Of a stretch of DNA of 64,000 nucleotides, positions 57,919 through 64,000 are shown piece by piece. This stretch comes from Candidatus Minusculum obligatum (GTDB lineage: Bacteria > Patescibacteriota > Minisyncoccia > Phycocordibacterales > Phycocordibacteraceae), in NCBI GenBank assembly GCA_002331145.1, contig DCYT01000001.1, positions 223,697 to 287,696 on the forward strand. Reading direction: 5' to 3'. Below the pieces are notes generated by a model. The model made no database searches and was not told the origin of the DNA. It saw only the letters and a program-made list of their open reading frames with translations. Within the stretch, counting starts at the first letter, position 1, and each line of letters begins with the position of its first letter. A program made the position numbers and the translations under genes.

Positions 57919-58616
57919 AAAAATCCAATAGCGAGATATGGCGCAAAAGGCACCTCATTACTCATTGTACGGCGCTTTCCATAAATCACCAACAGAGCTA
58001 CTGAAATAACTGCACCGATCCAAAATGAGAGCATAAAGCCAGTTATAGCAAGTGGATATCCAACAAAAAGAGCAAGTGCGAGTACCAATTTCGCATCTCC
58101 AAACCCCATTGCCCTCCCTTTTGAAAAGAGCCAAATAAGACCAAAAAATAGGGCCATAGCAGAAGCTGCTATTGGCGTGTAAATATCTCCTGAGATATAT
58201 GCCATTGCCCCTCCAACTACAATAAGTGGGTATACCAATACATTTGGAATAATGGTGTGGCGCAAATCGTAAATAACGATACTGCTAAGGAGCGTAAGGA
58301 AGATGAGAGATAAAACTAATTCAATACCAAACCCATGTATATAAAACGCAGCACCAAATAATGCGGCTAATACTATCTCTGCAAGAAAATGAGATACTCC
58401 TATCTTACTCCCACACATCTGACACCTGCCACGCAATACAAGAAACGAAACAATTGGAATAAGTGTAAAGGGAGATAATTCCTCTGCGCATGAATCACAC
58501 TTAGAGCGTCCAGTTAAAATCTGTCGCCCACTGTTTAACCTATAGGCAACAACATTTGCAAAGCTTCCAACAATTGCACCGAGCGCAATAATTGCTATGT
58601 AGTACGAGATCATCAT
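57870..58616 (-). CDS. pilD: prepilin peptidase
   Basis: GSFANVVAYR, RSKCDSC, GRCQMC, YDLRH, MGFGDAKL, VPFAPYL. Confidence 0.93.
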   Translation of the reverse strand: MMISYYIAIIALGAIVGSFANVVAYRLNSGRQILTGRSKCDSCAEELSPFTLIPIVSFLVLRGRCQMCGSKIGVSHFLAEIVLAALFGAAFYIHGFGIELVLSLIFLTLLSSIVIYDLRHTIIPNVLVYPLIVVGGAMAYISGDIYTPIAASAMALFFGLIWLFSKGRAMGFGDAKLVLALALFVGYPLAITGFMLSFWIGAVISVALLVIYGKRRTMSNEVPFAPYLAIGFLCAYLLQLNLLPSVFF

Positions 58617-59053
58617 GGAATCAATCGAGATGTGTCGTAGCAGTGATATCGAAACTCTCTTCTACACCCACTTGTGTCTGTCCCATTAATACCTGTTCGT
58701 ACTGCGTCACTATCTGAGAGAAGTGCTGCTGCAGTACTTGATTCAAGATTTACACCTAGATAGTAACGACTTCCGTCTCGAGTTGTTTTATAGATAAATG
58801 GCTCATTAAGCCTTGGGTCCTCTGGGACTTCAGATAGGTATGCTTGAGCAACAAGCGTCTCAAGCGTCACAGGGTAAATAGCATGATCTTCTGCATAGCG
58901 TTGAAGAGCACGACTTACATCAGCAACCTCAATAATTCGCTTACTGTCCCTTGCTTCAATTCGAGCATTCACCAAAGATGTAAGTGAAATAGAAGAAAGC
59001 AGACCTACAGCCGCTAAGATAACCAGAAGTTCCATAAGAGTAAAACCTCGCAT
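58613..59053 (-). CDS. GspG-like pilin
   Basis: RG|FTLMELL, ARDSKR, YP..L..LV..YL.EVPEDP. Confidence 0.85.
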   Translation of the reverse strand: MRGFTLMELLVILAAVGLLSSISLTSLVNARIEARDSKRIIEVADVSRALQRYAEDHAIYPVTLETLVAQAYLSEVPEDPRLNEPFIYKTTRDGSRYYLGVNLESSTAAALLSDSDAVRTGINGTDTSGCRREFRYHCYDTSRLIP

Positions 59054-59123
59054 ATACCCCCTATCATACAACACTCAAAAACGCCCCGTAAGGAGCGTTT
59101 TCGAATAGCTTAGAAAAGTTACC

Positions 59124-59585
59124 CTATGACGCAGGACAACTTGTGTTTCCAGCTGTTAGGTTTGTAGTTCGCTCTCCTCTAAATCCAGTAGAGTCAACAC
59201 AGAAGAATGTGCTGGCAGTTCCTGGAAGCGGTGATGAGATTGCGTATGCGCTAGCACTAGCTCCACATACTACAGACCCAGCTGCGTTTCGAGACTCAAC
59301 CTCAGTAACTGCGTTTGCAATTGCTGTGTCGTCCTCAAATAGACTTGCTGCGGTCTCACCTGTACAAGCATCGATTGCTCCTCCAGCGTACGTACTGCTG
59401 TTACTGTCGTAGTAAAGCTCAGCCTGTACAGCTACAGTCGCAAGGTTTGCCTTAATGTTAGCGTCAGCTCCTCGGCTTCGTGCTGTATTAAGTGAAGCAA
59501 GTACCACTGATGAGAGAATTCCGATGATCGCGATCACCACAAGCAACTCAATCAAGGTAAAACCTCGTTTTGTATTCATTGTCAT
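59124..59585 (-). CDS. pilA: type IVa major pilin
   Basis: RG|FTLIELLVVIAIIGILSSVVLASLNTAR, FCVDSTG; own terminator 59077-59102. Confidence 0.85.
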   Translation of the reverse strand: MTMNTKRGFTLIELLVVIAIIGILSSVVLASLNTARSRGADANIKANLATVAVQAELYYDSNSSTYAGGAIDACTGETAASLFEDDTAIANAVTEVESRNAAGSVVCGASASAYAISSPLPGTASTFFCVDSTGFRGERTTNLTAGNTSCPAS

Positions 59586-59678
59586 ATCTGTTGTTTGTTC
59601 GTTACCGATAATTCCCTATAAAAAAAGGGTCCGGACCCTCTTATTGTACGGCCCAGACCCTTGGTAGTTTTTATTTCG

Positions 59679-59687
59679 TGTGGATAA
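59679..59687. promoter_or_regulatory. perfect DnaA box
   Basis: TGTGGATAA (= TTATCCACA) between pilC and the major pilin gene. Confidence 0.4.
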
Positions 59688-59689
59688 AC

Positions 59690-60898
59690 CTACACAGCAC
59701 CTGAAGAAATATTGTAAATCGGGATAAGCACGGCACCGAGAAGCACTCCTACACCAAGCGCCAAAGTCACAATCATGGCAGGCTCAATAAGATCCACGAG
59801 CGTATCTACCGCATTAGATACCTCTCGCCTATAAAACTTAGAAAGTGTTGTGAGGATATTTCCAAGCTCTCCAGTCTCCTCTCCCACTCGAATCATAGCG
59901 GTCATAATTGACGGAATTTGTGGGTGCTTTCCAATAGCATCAGCAATTGATGATCCCCCACGAATCTCTTCTGCAGAATTTAGAAGAATCTTTTCATACA
60001 CTCTGTTATCTACTACCGTAGCGGTAATCTCCACCGCCTCTACAACGGCAATACCAGAGAGAAGCATAGTAGATAGGTTATCTGCCATTCGAGAAAGATA
60101 GAGTTTCTGGTAGAGGTTTCCAAGATATGGAGCGGCAAGCTTTATCTCATCCAAGATATATGACCCCTGGTTTGTTGACATATATCGGTAGAAGAAGAAT
60201 CCTCCAATCGCAAGACCAATCAACAAGAAGAATCCATAATTAATGAAGAACTCTGAAAGTCCAATAACCAATTTTGTGTACAAAGGAATCTCCTGACCTG
60301 AATCGATAAGGATTGCACTAATACGTGGAATCACCATCGTAAGCATCAGGATCATCACCACAACGAATGTGCTAATAACGAATGCAGGATAAATCAGAGC
60401 ATTCTGTGCTTTATTCTGTACCTCATAGGTTCGATCAAGATAGTCAGCCAGGAAGGTGAATGTTTCAGACAATCGTCCTGCCTCTTCTCCTGCCTTTACC
60501 ATGTTTGCGTAGAATTTAGAGAAAACCTTTGGATGTTTTGTCATCGCCTTTGAGATAGGGTTTCCTCCTTGAATATCATCTGCAACTGAAGTTAGAATCT
60601 TCGCAAGCTTTGGATTCTCCACCACCGTAGCCAAAAGACGAAATACTCGAAGCGCTGACACTTGTGCCTCAAAAAGTGTTGAGATCTGGCGAGACAAAAT
60701 AACAATGTCTCGATTTGATACTCCACTGAAAATATCGATTTCAAATGAAAGGATTCCTCCTTGCTCTGCAGGAGAAATAGAAGAAACAATAAGGTTTCGA
60801 CGCTGTAGCGCTGTTACCGCAACATCCATTGAAAGAGCGTCGATTGTTCCCTCTCGCTCGTTTCCTTCCTGATCTAGGGCTTTATATACAAACAACAT
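59690..60898 (-). CDS. pilC: type IV pilus platform protein PilC
   Basis: RQISTLFEA, NMVKAGEEAG.L, ALIYP, VGEETGEL, IEP. Confidence 0.93.
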   Translation of the reverse strand: MLFVYKALDQEGNEREGTIDALSMDVAVTALQRRNLIVSSISPAEQGGILSFEIDIFSGVSNRDIVILSRQISTLFEAQVSALRVFRLLATVVENPKLAKILTSVADDIQGGNPISKAMTKHPKVFSKFYANMVKAGEEAGRLSETFTFLADYLDRTYEVQNKAQNALIYPAFVISTFVVVMILMLTMVIPRISAILIDSGQEIPLYTKLVIGLSEFFINYGFFLLIGLAIGGFFFYRYMSTNQGSYILDEIKLAAPYLGNLYQKLYLSRMADNLSTMLLSGIAVVEAVEITATVVDNRVYEKILLNSAEEIRGGSSIADAIGKHPQIPSIMTAMIRVGEETGELGNILTTLSKFYRREVSNAVDTLVDLIEPAMIVTLALGVGVLLGAVLIPIYNISSGAV

Positions 60899-60899
60899 A

Positions 60900-61961
60900 T
60901 TACAGGTATCGCTCAAACACTCTTGGATCGAGTGCTCGCTCGTATGCGTGCTCTACGGTAATCTCTCCCTTTTGCACAAGCTCTGCAAGAGATCGGTCCA
61001 TATCCACCATTCCATCCTGCGTTCCTGTCTGGATGATGGTATTAATTTCGTGCGTTCGTCCCTCTCGAATAAGGTTTGCTACCGCCGCATTATTGATAAG
61101 CACCTCATATGCTGGGATTCGTCCTCCTGAGATTCGAGGTACAAGCCGCTGAGAGAAAATACCAGCAAGAGACCCCGCAAGCTGAATTCGCACCTGGTCC
61201 TGCTGACTTGCTGGGAACGAATCGATAATTCGATCAATTGTCTGTGCCGCATTGTTTGTGTGAAGTGTTGAAAGTACGAGGTGCCCTGTCTCAGCTGCAG
61301 TTACGGCAGATGAAATAGTTTCGTATGCCCGCATCTCTCCCACCATCATTACGTCTACATCCTGACGGAATGCTGCGCGAAGTGCCTCGTGGAAACTTGG
61401 TGCATCAATTCCAACCTCTCGTTGCTCGATAAGAGATTTCTTTGGCTGGAAAATATACTCAATAGGATCCTCAATCGTTACGATGTGCTCAGCCCTTGTT
61501 AGGTTGATCATCTCAATCATGGCAGCAAGTGTTGTTGACTTACCTTGCCCCACCGGCCCTACCACCAAAAAGAATCCCTGCTTCCTTTGTGCAAAGGTTT
61601 CAAGAATTGGAGGAAGTCCAAGACTTTGAATAGATTGAATTTGTTTTGGAATCAGACGAAGTGCAATAGCAATACTTCCATGCTGATAGAATCCGTTTCC
61701 TCGAAAACGCCCAACATCTCCAAAGCTGTATGAAAAATCAATTGACTGCTCCTTTTGGAATCGTGGGTATCGCCCCTCTCCCACAAGCTCCTTAAGGAAG
61801 ACTTCAGTATCTTCTGCTGTTAACTTATCTTTTTGGAAAAGAGGAATGAGTGAACCTGACACCCTGATGGTTGGATGATTTCCAACAGAAAGATGAAGGT
61901 CTGATCCACCTTCGTCGACAACGGTTTGTAGTAGTTGTTGTAAATCTTGTACAGTCGCCAT
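60900..61961 (-). CDS. pilT: pilus retraction ATPase PilT
   Basis: SDLHL, GPVGQGKSTT, TIEDPIE, AAETGHLVLSTLHT, NLIRE. Confidence 0.95.
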   Translation of the reverse strand: MATVQDLQQLLQTVVDEGGSDLHLSVGNHPTIRVSGSLIPLFQKDKLTAEDTEVFLKELVGEGRYPRFQKEQSIDFSYSFGDVGRFRGNGFYQHGSIAIALRLIPKQIQSIQSLGLPPILETFAQRKQGFFLVVGPVGQGKSTTLAAMIEMINLTRAEHIVTIEDPIEYIFQPKKSLIEQREVGIDAPSFHEALRAAFRQDVDVMMVGEMRAYETISSAVTAAETGHLVLSTLHTNNAAQTIDRIIDSFPASQQDQVRIQLAGSLAGIFSQRLVPRISGGRIPAYEVLINNAAVANLIREGRTHEINTIIQTGTQDGMVDMDRSLAELVQKGEITVEHAYERALDPRVFERYL

Positions 61962-61962
61962 A

Positions 61963-62364
61963 TTACGCAGTTTCTTCTCCTCTTAAAATCTTCCCTGTCC
62001 GCTCAAGCACCTCAGACGGGATAGCACTCGCCTTGATAATGTATCCTGCAGCTCCAAGCTTCTTTGCTCGCTCCACATCACTGTCCTGTCCCTGATTTGA
62101 AAGAATAATAACCTTTGTTTTTGGAGCTAAATTCTCTCGATTAATTGCCTCGAGCACAGCAAATCCATCCACCTCAGGCATAACAACATCAAGAAGAATT
62201 GCATCAGGCGGAGTTCCTTCTCGAAGCTTTGTAAGCACATCATTTCCTCCCTGACATGCTGTTACGTCCATCCCTGCACTCTTAAACTTCATTGAGTACA
62301 TATCCAAAAGGAATCGATCGTCATCAACCAAGTAGATTTTGTATTTTTTTGCAGGTTCCGCCAT
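61963..62364 (-). CDS. single-domain response regulator
   Basis: LVDDD, LLDVVMPEVDG, ILSN, YIIK. Confidence 0.9.
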   Translation of the reverse strand: MAEPAKKYKIYLVDDDRFLLDMYSMKFKSAGMDVTACQGGNDVLTKLREGTPPDAILLDVVMPEVDGFAVLEAINRENLAPKTKVIILSNQGQDSDVERAKKLGAAGYIIKASAIPSEVLERTGKILRGEETA

Positions 62365-62365
62365 A

Positions 62366-64000
62366 TTAGTCTTCAACAAGGAATTCTCCGCCCAAAGTAT
62401 TCACCTCCTCAAACGGAACTGTTCCCTCTAGTGCCTTAATAATAGCATCCTCCTTCATAGTGAGCATTCCTTTTGCACGGGCAGCTGTAAACACTTTGTC
62501 CTCTACTGGATCGTTCAAGATCACCTGCTCAAGATCGTCATCAACCCGAAGCAATTCAAATACTCCAAGACGTCCTCGTGTACCATTTGGACAATCAGGA
62601 CCCGGCGCAACTCCATACATAAACTTCTTATCTGGAATGTATTTTGTTCGATACTCCTCTGGAAGATCCTCAAACTGCTTATCAAGCATAATCTTAAGAC
62701 CTCCCTCAATTGGGATCTTTCTTCCAGCTCCTTCACACATCTTTCGCACGAGTCGCTGTCCAATAACAGCAACAAGCGTAGGGGCAATAAGGTATGGATC
62801 AATTCCCATGTTAATCAAACGCGGAATGGCTCCTGCCGCTGTATTGGTGTGAATAGTTGAGAACACCAAGTGACCTGTTAGCGCAGCCTGGATAGCAAGC
62901 TGTGCTGTTTCTTTATCTCGGATCTCTCCCACCATGATGATATCCGGGTCCTGTCGCAAAATAGACCGCAGTCCCGAAGCGAAGGTATAGCCAATCTCAG
63001 GACGCACTTGAGATTGAGATACTCCAGTAATATCGTACTCAACCGGATCCTCAAGAGACACTACATTGTGCTTCTCTCGATCAATCTCTCGAAGCATAGA
63101 GTAGAGCGTTGTAGATTTTCCAGATCCTGTAGGCCCTGAAATAAGAATGATTCCGTATGGTTGCTGTACGATCTCTCGTACCACCTCAAGGTTTCTCTTA
63201 ATAAACCCGAGATCCTCAAGCGTCCTCTGTCCTGCAGACCTGTCGAGGATTCGCATCACCACCTTCTCCCCATAGAAGGTTGGGAATGTTGAAACTCGGA
63301 AGTCGATATTTCGATCTTCTACCTTTGCAGAGAATCGTCCATCTTGCGGCTTTCGTTTCTCATCAAGCTTAATAGACGCAAGAATCTTAATACGCGCCAC
63401 TACCGCTCTGTGCACCTTTGTTGGAAGCTCAAGAGACGTATGAAGATCTCCATCCATTCGGAAACGAATACGAACCTTCTCTCGTGTAGGCTCAATATGA
63501 ATATCGGACGCTCCTCCCTCTACCGCATAACGAAGTACCGTTGCTACAATTTTTGTAACAGGAGCATCTTCCTTGATGATAGTTTGAACGTCTTCTGCCT
63601 TTGACTCCTCCTTCTTTCCAGCTCCTGAATCTGTAACAAGAGCAGTCTCAAGCTCGGTAAGAGCAGCCCCCACCTCTCCTGTTAGAGATTGGTATTGCTC
63701 AATTACTTTATCAAAATCACTCTTTCCTATAAGGAAGAGCTTGTACGGCATCTTAATTCGAGTAGAGATGAAGTTAAGTGCATCAAGTGCCTCAATATTA
63801 TCTGGATCTACAATTCCAACCTCCAACACATCGTCTGCAACTGAAAGAGGAATCATCTGATAGTGCCGAGCACTCTCCTCTGGCACATATCCAAGAACAC
63901 TGTTGGCAACAGTAACGTCTGAAATATCCCGAGTGGGCATATTGTAGTGCTCCCCTTCTGCCTCAAGAATATCCTCTTTTGAAATACCTCTTCGAGCAAG
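62366..64000 (-). CDS. pilB: pilus assembly ATPase PilB/GspE (5' end beyond window)
   Basis: ASDIHIEP, PQDGRF, GPTGSGKSTT, LRQDPD, ALTGHLVFSTIHTN; the frame stays open to 64000. Confidence 0.95.
   Translation of the reverse strand, partial: LARRGISKEDILEAEGEHYNMPTRDISDVTVANSVLGYVPEESARHYQMIPLSVADDVLEVGIVDPDNIEALDALNFISTRIKMPYKLFLIGKSDFDKVIEQYQSLTGEVGAALTELETALVTDSGAGKKEESKAEDVQTIIKEDAPVTKIVATVLRYAVEGGASDIHIEPTREKVRIRFRMDGDLHTSLELPTKVHRAVVARIKILASIKLDEKRKPQDGRFSAKVEDRNIDFRVSTFPTFYGEKVVMRILDRSAGQRTLEDLGFIKRNLEVVREIVQQPYGIILISGPTGSGKSTTLYSMLREIDREKHNVVSLEDPVEYDITGVSQSQVRPEIGYTFASGLRSILRQDPDIIMVGEIRDKETAQLAIQAALTGHLVFSTIHTNTAAGAIPRLINMGIDPYLIAPTLVAVIGQRLVRKMCEGAGRKIPIEGGLKIMLDKQFEDLPEEYRTKYIPDKKFMYGVAPGPDCPNGTRGRLGVFELLRVDDDLEQVILNDPVEDKVFTAARAKGMLTMKEDAIIKALEGTVPFEEVNTLGGEFLVED

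Overview
This 64-kb window looks like chromosome from a reduced-genome Patescibacteria (CPR) bacterium, most like Parcubacteria/Paceibacteria. The call rests on dense, near-zero-gap gene packing, a shortened ValS and RF2, an sS1-type short RpsA, a degenerate HisRS paralogue, a pilB-RR-pilT-pilC-pilin cluster, and no biosynthetic or respiratory operons. Core content: gyrA (5' part), rpsA, pth, lepB, rpsU, ybeY, ftsA, ftsZ, trxB-like, murB, tsaD, valS, lepA, murJ, nrdAB, htpX, lemA, secG, rnj, mutY-like, nth, cfa, ftsEX, prfB, gatCA, ligA, type IV pilus genes, RNase P RNA and 8 tRNAs. The striking pattern is two gene-expression grammars in one chromosome. Housekeeping genes mostly start 6-11 nt after a TGn-TAnnnT box with no Shine-Dalgarno (leaderless-like). 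Between them sit about 17 small stand-alone cassettes with a sigma70-like promoter, often a 5' hairpin and a boxA-like motif, a GGAG(G) Shine-Dalgarno, a short ORF and an intrinsic terminator. Two cassettes encode clearly alphaproteobacterial-type proteins: a CtrA cell-cycle master regulator homologue lacking the C-terminal AA degron, and a Caulobacter-PilA-like Flp pilin. This suggests a dispersed host-manipulation gene set aimed at an alphaproteobacterial host (inference). There is also an unassigned ~213-nt pseudoknotted ncRNA and an HTH/LAGLIDADG-like gene fused to a tRNA-Arg locus. All assignments come from reading the sequence by eye; no database searches were run.
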